A stretch of DNA of 64,000 nucleotides, taken from NCBI GenBank assembly GCA_964035575.1, contig OZ037836.1:372001-436000 (forward strand). Reading direction: 5' to 3'. The first letter of the stretch is position 1. Every line of letters starts with the position of its first letter. Shown piece after piece: positions 47,796-59,703 of the stretch. The position numbers and the translations under genes were made by a program. Source of the stretch: Rhynchopus sp. YZ270_cl-10 (lineage: Eukaryota). The notes beneath the pieces were generated by a model. It worked only from the letters and a program-made list of their open reading frames with translations. It did not search any database and was not told the DNA's origin.

Positions 47796-49101
47796 TCATG
47801 CAGCCTGGTCGTACATCTTCCTCATGACCGGGTGGCAGGTCCTCTCCAGCTTCCTCTGGGAGGACTGGAACTCCTCCTTGGTGGCCTCAGTGCCGCAGAG
47901 CTCGAGGGCACCGTTGCAGGCGTCCATGACCTTCTTCTTGTCGTCGTCGCCGACAAGCCCGCCGGTTCTGTCGTCCATGAGGGTGGTGACCATCTGGTAG
48001 GCGTAGGTCTCGAGCTCGTGTCTGGCGTCGACACGCTCGCGTGCCTGCTTGTCGGCCTCAGCGAACTTCTCTGCGTCGTTGCACATGTCGTCAATCTCCT
48101 TCTGGGACAGACGGCCCTTGTCGTTGGTGATGGTGACCTGCGACTTCTTCCCGGTCGACTTGTCCTCGGCAGACACGTCCATGATGCCGTTCGCGTCGAC
48201 GTCAAAGGTCACCTCAATCTGGGGCACGCCACGCGGGGCCGGCGGGATCCCGGTCAGGTCGAAGGTGCCGAGCTGGTGGCAGTCCTTCGTCATCGCCCGC
48301 TCCCCCTCGAACACACAGATGTTCACCACAGGCTGGTTGTCCGCACACGTCGAGAACTCCTGGCTCTTCTTCGTCGGGATCGTCGTGTTCCTCTTGATCA
48401 GCGGTGTCATCACACCCCCGTCCGTCTCAATCCCCACAGTCAGGGGGGTCACGTCCAGCAGCAGGATCTGCTCCGTCTGCGTGCTCTTTCCTCCGGTCAG
48501 CACGAAGGCCTGCACCGCAGCGCCAAAGGCAACAGCCTCGTCGGGGTTGATCGACTTGTTCAGGTCCTTTCCGCCGAAGAAGTCCGACACCATCGCCTGG
48601 ATCTTCGGGATACGGGTCGATCCTCCGACCAGCACAACCTCCGTGATGGCCCGCTTCTCAATCTTCGAGTCGTTCAGCACAGACTCCACAGGGCGCAGGC
48701 ACGACTTGAACAGGTCCGCGCACAGCTCCTCGAACTTCGCACGTGTGATCGACGAGTAGAAGTCCGTCCCCTCAAACAGCGAGTCGATCTCAATGCTGGT
48801 CTGTGCCGCCGACGACAGCGCACGCTTGGCACGCTCACAGGCAGTGCGCAGACGGCGCAGCGCACGCTGGTTCGTCGTCAGGTCCTTCTTGTGCTTCTTC
48901 TTGAACTCCTCCACGAAGTGGTTCACCATCCGGTTGTCGAAGTCCTCGCCTCCCAAGTGGGTGTCTCCCGCAGTCGCCTTCACCTCGAAGATCCCCCCGT
49001 CAATCGCCAGAAGCGTCACATCGAAGGTACCGCCACCCAGGTCGAAGATCAGGATGTTCTTCTGCCCCGCGCTCGCGTTGTCGAGTCCGTAGGCAATCGC
49101 C

Positions 49102-49133
<32 letters not shown>

Positions 49134-49640
49134 GTCCATCCCCGAGATCGCCCCTGCGTCCTTCGTCGCCTGACGCTGCGAGTCGTTGAAGTACGCAGGC
49201 ACAGTCACAACGCTCTTCTTCACCTCCTTCCCAAGGAACTGCTCCGCCGTCTCCTTCATCTTCACAAGGATCATCGCAGAGATCTCCTCAGGCCTGAACG
49301 TCTTCGTCGTCCCCATGAACGACACCTCAATCAGCGGCTTCCCGTCCTCCTTCGCCACAACCTTGAACGGCCAGTGCTTCATGTCGCTCTGCACAGACGA
49401 GTCCTCCAGCTTGCGCCCGATCAGACGCTTCGCGTCGAACACCGTGTTCGTCGGGTTCATCGCCACCTGGTTCTTCGCCGCATCTCCGATCAGACGCTCG
49501 CTGTCTGCGAACGCCACGTACGACGGGGTCGTCCTGTTCCCCTGGTTGTTCGCAATGATCTCCACACGCTCGTTCTGCCACACTCCCACACACGAGTAGG
49601 TCGTTCCCAAGTCAATACCGATGGCTCCGTCGTAGGACAT
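47796..49640 (-). CDS. HSP70: Atypical HSP70, copy 2 (614 aa)
   Basis: Protein identical to copy 1; ATG at 49640; TGA stop and a different 3' flank. Confidence 0.97.
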
Positions 49641-49836
49641 TGTAGTGTTGTTTTGTGGTCTTTGGTTTTTGATAGAAAAAATAAGGTAAAAAGTGATGAG
49701 CTGTTTGTTGTGTGTGTTGTGTGTTGTGTGTGGGTGTTGGAGTGGGTAAGTGGTTGTGGGTATTGGGTGGTCTAGTACTAAAAAGTGCAAAACAGCTGCT
49801 TTTACTCCGCTTTTGTGTTCATTTTACTTTGGGGGG

Positions 49837-49934
49837 CACAGCAGAGAATAAGACTCGGGGACCCGGTACCTTGACCAGGACCGGGACTAGGACTCAGGGA
49901 CCGGGACCGGGTACCCGGCATATTCTCTGCTGTG
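49837..49934. mobile_element. 98-bp micro-MITE, same family as 25176-25235
   Basis: TIR cacagcagagaata / tattctctgctgtg, internal gggacc repeats; empty site in the homologous HSP70 upstream region at ~37777-37795. Confidence 0.75.
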
Positions 49935-50026
49935 TGGCGGGGTGGGGGGAAGTTCAGCGGAAAATCAAAAAGTCGTTGTTTGGATAAAGTAACGAGCAGC
50001 TAGCCTCTCAAAAGATGCACAATGCC

Positions 50027-50887
50027 TCACATGCACACACATCCGTCCTGAATACTGCGCTTCACATCGCCCAGGAGGTTACGGCTCTTCACATATTCTG
50101 ACACAACACTGCTCGATCCTTCAACGTTGATGCTGCTTGTAGGTATTTTGCATCCTTTTAGGAAGCCTTTCCCAATGTGCTGCACATTCCTCCACCCAGA
50201 CAAGTCAAGGGTTTGCAATGCGCTGCAGTTGAGGACGAAGCACTCCTCAACGTGCATCAGATTGCTCCACCCAGATAAGTCAAGGGTGCGCAATACGGGG
50301 CAGTGGGCGATGAAGTAGTGCTCAATGTGCGTCACATTGTTCCACCCAGACAAGTCAACAGTTTGCAATGCGTTGCAGTAGTGGAGGAAGCCGGGACCAA
50401 TCCGTGTCACATTGTTCCACCCAGATAAATCAGCAGTGCGCAATAACTTGCAACCGAGAAGGAAGTTTTGTCGTACTTCAGTCACACCTGGTACATCACT
50501 CAGATTAAGAGCTTCGAATGTGACACGTGACAAGAAGAAAGAGCGGGTCTCAGTAACAACCTCCGCCTGCAGAAACAAACGGATCAGCTTGGGATCTCTC
50601 AGAAATCTTAGCCTCTCTGACGTCAGGATTGTCTCACCCAAGTCACGAAGAGCTGCAATGGTGTTGTACTTCTGTGAGTTATTCGTCAGCACAACTGTGT
50701 CCCCAGCACTCAGCTGCGTGATGTCGTCTCCTTCGGCCAGAACCTTCCCACCGAAGCTCATGTCAAAGCCGTCTTCGCACAACTCTGCTGCAGACGCCAC
50801 CTTCCGCCGTATGTCCGTAGTTGTATCATCCACACCCACCTCGACTGTGTACTTCTCTCCGTCAAAGCTCTTCACACATATTTCCAT
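50027..50887 (-). CDS. UBL-LRR-CaaX protein, copy 12 (286 aa, ~5 LRRs, shortest)
   Basis: ATG at 50887; ends VKRSIQDGCVCM. Confidence 0.9.
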   Translation of the reverse strand: MEICVKSFDGEKYTVEVGVDDTTTDIRRKVASAAELCEDGFDMSFGGKVLAEGDDITQLSAGDTVVLTNNSQKYNTIAALRDLGETILTSERLRFLRDPKLIRLFLQAEVVTETRSFFLSRVTFEALNLSDVPGVTEVRQNFLLGCKLLRTADLSGWNNVTRIGPGFLHYCNALQTVDLSGWNNVTHIEHYFIAHCPVLRTLDLSGWSNLMHVEECFVLNCSALQTLDLSGWRNVQHIGKGFLKGCKIPTSSINVEGSSSVVSEYVKSRNLLGDVKRSIQDGCVCM

Positions 50888-52520
50888 GGTTTTGTGGTTT
50901 TGTGAAGGTGTTTTCAATTGGGGGTAAGAGGACGCAAGAGACAACAAACAGTTAGGGAGAGGTCTTATGCTAATAAAAATGATCATCCAGATGTGGTGAA
51001 ACGCCATAAACTCCACAACCCCTACAAAGATACTCCGCAAGCCATGCATAGTGGGGCAAGACAAAGCAACCAAAAGAGGAAGAGGACAACTTGCAAGTGT
51101 GCAGAAGAGTGTTTGGAAGCTAAGGGTACAAAGGCACTGCGTGAATTGCACCCACGTAGGGGCGAACAACCTTCGCGACCACACAAGACCCACAGTGAGA
51201 GGTCTTGAAACAAGTTACAAAGGGGAGAGAGGTCTTTTGTTTTGTTTGAAAGCTTCGTTGTATTAGTGTGGACACCCGAGGATGTGCTCCACCATGTGTT
51301 CCTTTTGAACTTGGTAACTATCGTTTTTGTTGGCTTTTATGTAAGTTTTGTATTTTCATGACCTTTCAGTTTCTCTATCCTCTGCGATATGAAGCGCAAA
51401 CACGCCGTTTTCAATTTGATTCGCAGACCGATACTGACTCACGAAGTTGCTGTGTCAAAAAACACCTTCCTCTGCGAGGCGGGATGCCACAGCGACAACG
51501 TCTATCACTCATGCGCCTATGAGTCGCTCAATGGCGTCATGGCTTTTATCATGACTACAGGGGTCCAACCCTGCACATTGCTCTCACAACACAAAATACA
51601 AATGCGGGATAGCATCTATCACTCATGTGCCTGTGAGTCGAGGGTTCACCCGTGCCCAGCAGACGTTGAGTATTGCTTATAAATATTATCACAAAATATG
51701 GAAAAAATACAAACTGCCTTGCCTAAAGTACAGAAATGAGGTGAGTGCACAATAAAGGAGGAGGGTGGTAAATTTGTTTCAATAACTTTCAAATCAAAGA
51801 AGAGAAAGCTCAAGGACGTCAATAGATGCATTCAAATGTTTGTTAACCTTTTGCAAAACTGTGACAAGAAAAATGCCCGAGAGATTTGTTTCTCTTTGCT
51901 TGTTGCTCAAAAGACTGGGGGGGGGGGGGGGGAAATACTGGTTGTTTGTTGTTCGCTTCCACACCGCTTATTGCCCCCCACCTTTGTTTCAGAATCAAGT
52001 CTTTTGGCTGCGCCTGCAAAACGCTCGTCTCGTGGATGTGGACTGTTTTGTTTTTATATTGATGTGTTTGCCGGCAAAACAAACTCGCGAACGAAAAAAG
52101 AGATTTTTATGTGAAGTGTGCAGTAAGGGGGGGAGAATAAAACATGACGAAAAAACCTCCACTATCATTTCGCAAGCTTTCATTCTCCTCACATTGTATT
52201 TCCCAACCCCACAACCACGATAAAGCGTGAAGACAATAAATAAAAGAAAGAAGTAATTTTAGGTTTTGTGGGTTCTTCTTCTGACGGTTGAACAACTTAT
52301 TTTATCTTTATAATAATATTACCATCTTTATTGCAAAAGATAACAATTCCTCTCGAAATAGCTCCAGATTGAACTGAGAGAAAGAAGAAACCCCAAACCC
52401 TCCCAGACCAAACGGTCTAACATGTTGTATTGATATAGTGTGGGGGATAAGTGAGGAGCACAAGAATCGTCTTCGCGTATACTAAAAGATTTTCTCATAT
52501 ATGTCACACAACAAGGGGCC

Positions 52521-53531
52521 TCACATGCACACACATTTGCACTTGGTATCGTCCACGAGGCTCCCGCCATAGTCATGCACACATTCTGACACAACACTGC
52601 TCGATCCTGTAACGTTGATGTTGCTTGTACGTATTTTGCATGCATACAGGAAGCTTGGCCCAATGTGCTGAACGGTCGTCCACCCAGATAAGTCAAGTGT
52701 TTTCAATGCGCTGCATTTGGAGAGGAAACACTTATCCATCTCCCTCACATTGTTCCACCCAGATAAGTCAAGGGTTCGCAATGCAGTGCATTTGCAGAGA
52801 AAGCGGTACCCTATATGCGTCACATTGTTCCACCCAGAAATATCCAGTGTGGTCAATGAGGTGCAGTCGTAGAGAAAGTTGTTGCCAACCCGCGTCACAT
52901 TGTGCCACCCAGAGATATCCAGTGTGGTCAATGAGGTGCAGTTGTAGAGAAAGTAGTCCCCAACCCGCGTCACATTGCTCCACCCAGACAAGTCAAGTGT
53001 TTTCAATGCGGTGCAGTTGGAGAGAAATTCGTACCCGATTTGCGTCACATTGTTCCACCCAGAAATATCCAGTGTGGTCAATGAGGTGCACTTGGAGAGA
53101 AAGTTGGACCCACCTACCGCAGTCACACCTGGCACACCACTGAGATCAAGTTCTGAGAACGTGCCACCTTGTAAGAAGTAATGGGGTATCTCAGTAACAA
53201 CCTCCGCCTGCAGAAACAAATGAATCAGCTTGGGATCTGTCAGACCTCTGAACCTCTCTGACGTCAGCTCTCTCTCACCAAAGTCACGAAGAGCTGCAAT
53301 GGCGTCGTCCTTCTGCGACTTCGTCTTCGTCAGCACAACTGTGTCCCCAGCACTCAGCTTCGTCGCGTCGTCTCCTGCGGCCAGCAGCTTCCCTCCGAAG
53401 CTCATGTCAAAGCCGTCTTCGCGCAACTCTGCTGCAGTCGCCACCTTCCGCCGTATGTCCGCAGTTGTATCATCCACACCCACCTCGACTGTGTACTTCT
53501 CTCCGTCAAAGCTCTCCACACATATTTCCAT
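52521..53531 (-). CDS. UBL-LRR-CaaX protein, copy 13 (336 aa, ~7 LRRs)
   Basis: ATG-initiated ORF; ends DDTKCKCVCM. Confidence 0.92.
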   Translation of the reverse strand: MEICVESFDGEKYTVEVGVDDTTADIRRKVATAAELREDGFDMSFGGKLLAAGDDATKLSAGDTVVLTKTKSQKDDAIAALRDFGERELTSERFRGLTDPKLIHLFLQAEVVTEIPHYFLQGGTFSELDLSGVPGVTAVGGSNFLSKCTSLTTLDISGWNNVTQIGYEFLSNCTALKTLDLSGWSNVTRVGDYFLYNCTSLTTLDISGWHNVTRVGNNFLYDCTSLTTLDISGWNNVTHIGYRFLCKCTALRTLDLSGWNNVREMDKCFLSKCSALKTLDLSGWTTVQHIGPSFLYACKIRTSNINVTGSSSVVSECVHDYGGSLVDDTKCKCVCM

Positions 53532-55008
53532 GATTTTGTGCTTCTCTATTTTGTTTCAGGTGTTTTCAATTGGGTGGTGGTTGTGAGTGGTGACAGGGGT
53601 GGAGACAAGACGTGTGTAAAAACAACTGAACGCATTATTTCTTAAGTCCTAGCACTATTCACACAGAGGGCAAATGTCTCGCCTTCTCAACAAACCTGCA
53701 GCCCTTCCAACGTCAGACAGATTCGCTAAATGGTGTTGATAATGAAAGTGGTTTTAAGAATGCCAGACAAGCATTTAAATAGGCCTATGCAACGCTCAGA
53801 AGCAGACAAGAATGTTACTGTACAAGCAGACACAAAAAAGTAACATTTTGCTATTCCGGCGTAATTTATTCAGCAAAATACCTGCGACACGATTAATAAA
53901 AACAAAAACATCACATTGAAACCAACCCATGAGCGAACATCTGCGAGAACAGAAGGAGATGAGGCATGATGATGACATCTTCATCACAACGAACATACGT
54001 GTCATCTTCCAAGACGAACCGAAACAAAGTTGAGTTAAATACACTAACTAAGTAACGAAGCCCTCACGTGAACAGTGCCCCAAACGTGCAGTTCTACGTC
54101 CATTTCAAGGTATGCATCTGACAAACAAACGTAACTACCCATACGCACAAAGGACACTACATAGATGGAAAAGATTATAAGATGCACCTAAGCCTCTCGT
54201 GCTTAGTCACCTTGAGATAGACGTCAATAAAATAGTGACAGAGACCATCACTAAACTCGCAAGAGGGGTGGAAACAGAAAACAAAAGTGCTAGAGGTGTC
54301 TCGCCTTGCTCACATCTCAAAAAGGAAGTAAAGAGTATTACCATGTCCATTCAATGAATTGAAAGTACAGGTGTGGGGATCAAAAATGTTCCCTTCTTTG
54401 AAATAAACGAAAAAGAAGTCTTGACAGTGTTGACGACGCTCGAGACCCACACGCTGCGTGTCATCGTCACCACATCCAAGACAAGAAACGAACAAAATAA
54501 ACAGTTCTAAAATAACACACGTGTGTGGCCCGCACCCCTGTTGCCACGTTTCTGCAAGGGGGCACTTATGCCACACAACACACGCTGCAACACTGACACA
54601 CAAGTTTCTTGTGACAGTGGCTCTGTGTACCTGGTGGTAAATAAAGCGCGTCATGATTGTGCACTTAGAACGGGTAGGGGACTCCGCCCAACAGCCACCA
54701 TGTGGTCATGGTGACATCGGGCGAACAACTTGGGTAAGCAGGCGTACAAGGACGCTTGAAGGCGGGAGTGTCATTTTGCTTGTGACAACATGACGACAAT
54801 AAAACAGTGAAGTTTAAAAAGAATGCACTCACGAAATCAATTAAGTTTTATGAGATAAGGGGAGACATGATGCGGGATGGGGTTTTAGGATGGGTGAAGG
54901 TGGTTAAGTTATTCTTCTGCAAAATGCCTACTTTGAAGCCAACAAAAACAAAAACAACAAAAACAACAATAAAAAAGCATCTGGCACTTCGCAAAGCTGT
55001 GACACTGT

Positions 55009-58000
55009 TCACCAGGTGGGCTGCTCGTATCTGTCCTCAAGACACACAGCTTCACCTTCAATGTCCTGAGGCAGCAGTCCAGTGCTGTAGAAGCTTTCGC
55101 TCTGCGTTGGTGTGCCCTTCTGTGCCTGCCTGCAGAAGAACACCGCCACCGCCACAGCAAGCAGCAGGCACGTGCCCAGTGCTGCGATCACCACCAGTGC
55201 TGCTGTGCTCAGCAGCGGTGCGTCCGCCTCCTCCACCGGCACAGGTGTGGGCAGCAGCGCACCCGCAGGCAGCGAGGTGTGCGGCACAGGCTGCGCTGAA
55301 GGCGATGATGATGCAGCTGCGGGTGATGTGGGTGCAGGTGTCTCAGTGGCAGACGTCAGCGGTGCTTTTGGTGCTTCTGTCGCAGGTGACCCTGTTGCTG
55401 GCAGTGGTGCAGACGTTGGATTCTTTGTGTCTGGTGCAGGAGTAACAGGTGCTTGCGTCTCAGGTGCAGGCGTCGGCGGCGATTCAGTCACAGGTGCGTG
55501 AGTAACAGGTGCACTCGTCTCAGGTGCATTGGTATCGGGTGCATTCGTCAGTGGCACTTCAGTCTCAGGTGCACCTGTCAGTGGGGATTCCGTCAAGGGT
55601 ATACCCGAAAGCGGCGATTCTGTGAGGGGAGCGTGAGTCAGAGGTGCGTGAGTCAGAGGTGCGTGAGTCAGTGGGGCTTCTGTTTCGCCTGCTTCTATCT
55701 GCGGCACTTGCGTCACTGGTGTATTGGTCAGAGGCGACTGTGTCCCAAGTGTTTCTGTCTGCGGTGCTTGTGTCACTGTCGGGTCAGGCACCGACGATGG
55801 CAGGGCTGTCTCCGGCACTGGTGTGTAGATGGCTGGGATGTCTGTCGGCACAACACCGTTGCAGCTCCACCCAAACACAAAGCGTAAGTGAACACCTGGT
55901 ACAAACCAGCCACTGTTGTTCGCTGTGATGTGGAAGAGGCCGCTGTTCGCGAAGTCTGCAGTCATGTTTGATGACGGGACGCTCCAGTCACTCGTAAGCG
56001 GCTGCCCTGTTGCGCTGTACACCTCTTTGCCTGTGCTGTCCACCATTGTCACACGTGCCCAGTCTTCAAAAAAGTTGAGCCACGCTGCCACCGACAGCAC
56101 ACCGTAACACTGCACAGTCCAGGAGAAAGTGTTCACGCCTGGTACCGAATATGCGCTCGTCCCATAGAATGACCCAAGTGACCTGCTGTACGTGCCACTG
56201 TCGGCCAGGGTGAGACTATGTGTCGCATTCGTGCCTGGTGCAGGTGGAATCACAGGTGCCTCCTCACACGTCCAGTTCAAGCTAAACGATCCTGTTGTGG
56301 AGTACGTCATGTACTGCCAGCTGGCAAAACGCACCACCATGTTCCCATCAGCAGGGTAGCTCGCTCGGTAGCGTCTCGCGTCTGTCAGAGTGTCAAGGTT
56401 GTAACCGTAGCTGTTCTCCAGCGTGAGGACTTGGCCCATCGAGTCAAGATCAAGGTTGAACTCGGTGTGCAGTGTGCCCGTGCATGAGAGGTACCAACAC
56501 GCCGTCGGAAGTTCCTCATCCCCACTAGCCTGAAAGGCAAACGACCCGTTGGCACTGTCCCCCACATCTGAGCACAGCGCAATGGGCACAGCGGTGGGCG
56601 GCACCCTCGTCTCTGGAACAGCAGTTCTCGGTGCGTAAGGCAGCTCAGGGCTTGCCGCGTCACACGCCCAAGACATGAGGAGAACGTCGTCGTGCCACTT
56701 TGTGCTGTGCACAACATGCATCTGAAAGACACCCCCAGCAGGATACGTCCTGCTTGTGTTGATCATCGAACCCCCCGTCCCGTTCGCAAAGAACACCTCC
56801 CGGCCAGTTCCGTCCAAAAAGGTCACATTCGTCCAACTCGTGGGACGTACCTCCAACGACACAGCAAGCGTCCCGAGACACTGCACAGCAAAGCAGTGTG
56901 ATGCAATTGCAGATAAGACCCGGCGGTAGGTGCCGACAGGTGCCAGGGTCAGGCACTCTGCACTGTCGATGCCTGGTGCAGGTGGTGGCACTGGCGCTGC
57001 TTCGCACGTCCAGTCAAAGGTGAAGTTCCAGTTCTTTGGGTACTCCGTCACGGAGGACAGTGTCAACATGCCGTTAGCAGGGTAGCTCGTCACCAGGTGT
57101 CGTGGTAATATTGCGGAACCCTCGATCTCCATTAGCTCGTACCCGTCCGCGTTGTGTAGCGTCAGCACCGGCCTACCGTATCCCACATCAAGGGACACAT
57201 TGATGTGCACAGTCCCCTTGCACTGCACTGTCCAGCACTGCGACACTTCAAACGTGCTGTGCAGCGGAGCCTCCAATGCAACACACGGTGCTGTTGGTAC
57301 AGGCGTCTCAGGTGCACCTGTCAGAGGTGCTGATGTCCCACCGCCAATTGCAGGAAGTACAGGCACAGCAGCGTTGCACCCCCACGCAAGAGCAAAGTAC
57401 GCACTATGAAAGCGGGTGGGATACACGGAGAGCACGACGTGCACGAACATGTTCCCGTCGCTTGCATAACGCCCGCCAGTCCCGGCTGTGTCGCTGATAT
57501 GTTCCAGTGCGGTACCGTCACTTCCCTCAACTGTGATGTTGAGACTTGAAGGCCAATCCGTAAGCACGTCCATGTCCAGCTCAACGACACCTCTGCACGG
57601 GATGGCCAGACAGCGGACTCTCTCACCTGCCGACAACGGCATGTTGTACGTCCCGACAGCGCCCAGTGTGAGACACGTCGCACTGTCGACGCCAGGTGCG
57701 GGCAGGGTGACTGCACCTGTGTCGCATGTGTAATCTATCTCGAAGGCAGCGTCACTAGCATAGTGCTCGTAAGTGTAGCGCAACGTCATGTCCCCGTCTG
57801 CGGGATAGCTTGCGACGTAGCTGTACGCCTCACCCGTGGAGTAGGAGGAAGGGTCAGGGCTCTGCAGCGCTGCCAGCTGGTACCCCGCAGAGTTCTCGAG
57901 ACTCAGCACAGCGCCGTACCCGCGTTTCATTGTGAACTTCACGTGCAACGAGCCTTTGCACGTCAACTCCCAACACGAGTTGCCCAAGGTGGCGCCGTTA

Positions 58001-58161
58001 GTATACACAAACGGAGACGGCGGCAGTGCTGTGCAAGGCGCAATCGGTGTCTGTGTGTCTGGCTGAGACGTGGGTGGTGCCATAGTTGGCGGGTCTGACG
58101 GGAGCACAACTGTTGCGGACACGGCACACACCAGAAGCGAGGTGCACAGTGGCAGTAGCAT
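55009..58161 (-). CDS. Type I surface membrane protein: signal peptide, three tandem pairs of Cys-bounded beta (CUB-like) domains, T-x-A-P mucin stalk, TM helix, short tail (1050 aa)
   Basis: Thrice-repeated CWxxxCxGxxH / SYPAxG / PAPG units; THAP/TEAP/TNAP repeats; hydrophobic AALVVIAALGTCLLLAVAVAVFFC. Confidence 0.8.
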   Translation of the reverse strand: MLLPLCTSLLVCAVSATVVLPSDPPTMAPPTSQPDTQTPIAPCTALPPSPFVYTNGATLGNSCWELTCKGSLHVKFTMKRGYGAVLSLENSAGYQLAALQSPDPSSYSTGEAYSYVASYPADGDMTLRYTYEHYASDAAFEIDYTCDTGAVTLPAPGVDSATCLTLGAVGTYNMPLSAGERVRCLAIPCRGVVELDMDVLTDWPSSLNITVEGSDGTALEHISDTAGTGGRYASDGNMFVHVVLSVYPTRFHSAYFALAWGCNAAVPVLPAIGGGTSAPLTGAPETPVPTAPCVALEAPLHSTFEVSQCWTVQCKGTVHINVSLDVGYGRPVLTLHNADGYELMEIEGSAILPRHLVTSYPANGMLTLSSVTEYPKNWNFTFDWTCEAAPVPPPAPGIDSAECLTLAPVGTYRRVLSAIASHCFAVQCLGTLAVSLEVRPTSWTNVTFLDGTGREVFFANGTGGSMINTSRTYPAGGVFQMHVVHSTKWHDDVLLMSWACDAASPELPYAPRTAVPETRVPPTAVPIALCSDVGDSANGSFAFQASGDEELPTACWYLSCTGTLHTEFNLDLDSMGQVLTLENSYGYNLDTLTDARRYRASYPADGNMVVRFASWQYMTYSTTGSFSLNWTCEEAPVIPPAPGTNATHSLTLADSGTYSRSLGSFYGTSAYSVPGVNTFSWTVQCYGVLSVAAWLNFFEDWARVTMVDSTGKEVYSATGQPLTSDWSVPSSNMTADFANSGLFHITANNSGWFVPGVHLRFVFGWSCNGVVPTDIPAIYTPVPETALPSSVPDPTVTQAPQTETLGTQSPLTNTPVTQVPQIEAGETEAPLTHAPLTHAPLTHAPLTESPLSGIPLTESPLTGAPETEVPLTNAPDTNAPETSAPVTHAPVTESPPTPAPETQAPVTPAPDTKNPTSAPLPATGSPATEAPKAPLTSATETPAPTSPAAASSSPSAQPVPHTSLPAGALLPTPVPVEEADAPLLSTAALVVIAALGTCLLLAVAVAVFFCRQAQKGTPTQSESFYSTGLLPQDIEGEAVCLEDRYEQPTW

Positions 58162-59703
58162 TTGTCAGTGTGGTTGTTGTTACTTTCGAGAGGTGGAAGT
58201 ACCTGGGTGGTGGTTGTGAGTGGTGATAGGGGTGGAAAAACGACATGAAAAACAACTGAACGCAGGGCACGTGTCATATTACTGTCATCGTTCTTAAGAA
58301 TCTTGGTGCGGTTTGCACGCCTCCTTAATGTCTCGCCTTCTCAACACCCTGCAGCCCTTCCAAGACTGTGAGACACGACCCCCGGCAGAATACACATCGT
58401 GTGCAGAAGAGGACGGAGGCGGCCTATCGTGGGCTGATGCACACGTTGGTTGTGGTGCAGGAGGAGCTGTGCCGAACGGGAGCACGCGCGAAGGTGCGGA
58501 TCTGCGAGACGGGGTGCGAGTCGAGCCGTTGCTGGCACAGCAGCAGGCGGCTGCACGATAAGCTGAGGAATAAGGCAGTGACAGTGGAGGTGGCGCACTT
58601 CATTTTCACAGTCCAACTACCATACCGGCTACCGGAGGTCGACTGTGGCGGTGATGCAGACCGCAATGCGAAGCAAGTGGAGGGGGGCTTCGAGGTGTAC
58701 CTCTGGAGCAACTGCGCCATCCATGCACCAAGCTATCTTGAACAGAAATCCACGTCAGCTGTGGGATGTGCATGTTAACTTCTACCATCGCTTCGCGTCG
58801 GAAATTCTCAAAGTCGTCTTCAGGCAGCGCACTGCAGACACCACTCTCACCCGTCTCGTCTCACTTGGGTCAACCACAGACAGCTTCAAGACATCTGTGT
58901 CATAGGAAAGCTGCACATTCGGAACCTTCTTTGTATTGCCACGGTTGCGATGGTATGCGGTCCTTGAATAGGGTTAGGAGGCCGCCAGGGAGCATGAGGT
59001 AACACGAGGCAACCTCAAAAATACAATTGGAAGAAGAAGAGCGAAGCAGGTTCACGAGTTGAAGTGACCAATGCATAAATCTAGATTGCAGATTCAAAAG
59101 TATCGGAGAACAAGTAAATCGAAGAAAAAAGGGAGCGTGCGAGGAGAGAAAAGAGAGTGGAGAGGGGAGAGTGGGGGGAAGCTGACTTCTGTCTTTTTGA
59201 GCCAAGTGCAAAAACAACATTGTTTCTGGCATGTCGCCGGAAGCAACAGTGTTGCATCAAAACAAAAAAGAACAAAACAAAACACAAAGATGGCAAGCCT
59301 CCCAAACCGCTTGAAACCAAAACTGAAAAAGGGAAAAAAGGAAAAAGGCAAAAGGTAAGGGGCGGGTAAAAACAGACACGCACAGCACCTGAACATATGA
59401 TAAAAACAAGTAAGTGATAACAGTGATTATCTTTCTTTTGTTTTCTTTTTTAATGAAAACTTAGTTGTCTCAGTGTAGACACCCGAGGATGTGTTCCACT
59501 GGACAAAACGCTTTTCCGTAACTGTTGATTATCTTCTTTTTCTTGTTTCTGTTTCTTTCCGATCGTTTTCGTAATATCTACACGTTGATTTTTGAATTGC
59601 AATAAAATCAAAAGTAAAAACCAAACCACCAACAACCACAATAACCAGATAAAGAAGAAAAAGAAAACATAAGAAACAAAACAAAACAAAACACACTACG
59701 GTT

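Noticed and set aside
51721..51740. Spliced-leader-like TTTCTGTACTT on the - strand (also ~6321, ~21083, ~27857)
   Set aside because: Only 11-12 nt match, not adjacent to start codons, and without the rest of the SL exon; not supportable as SL genes or relics
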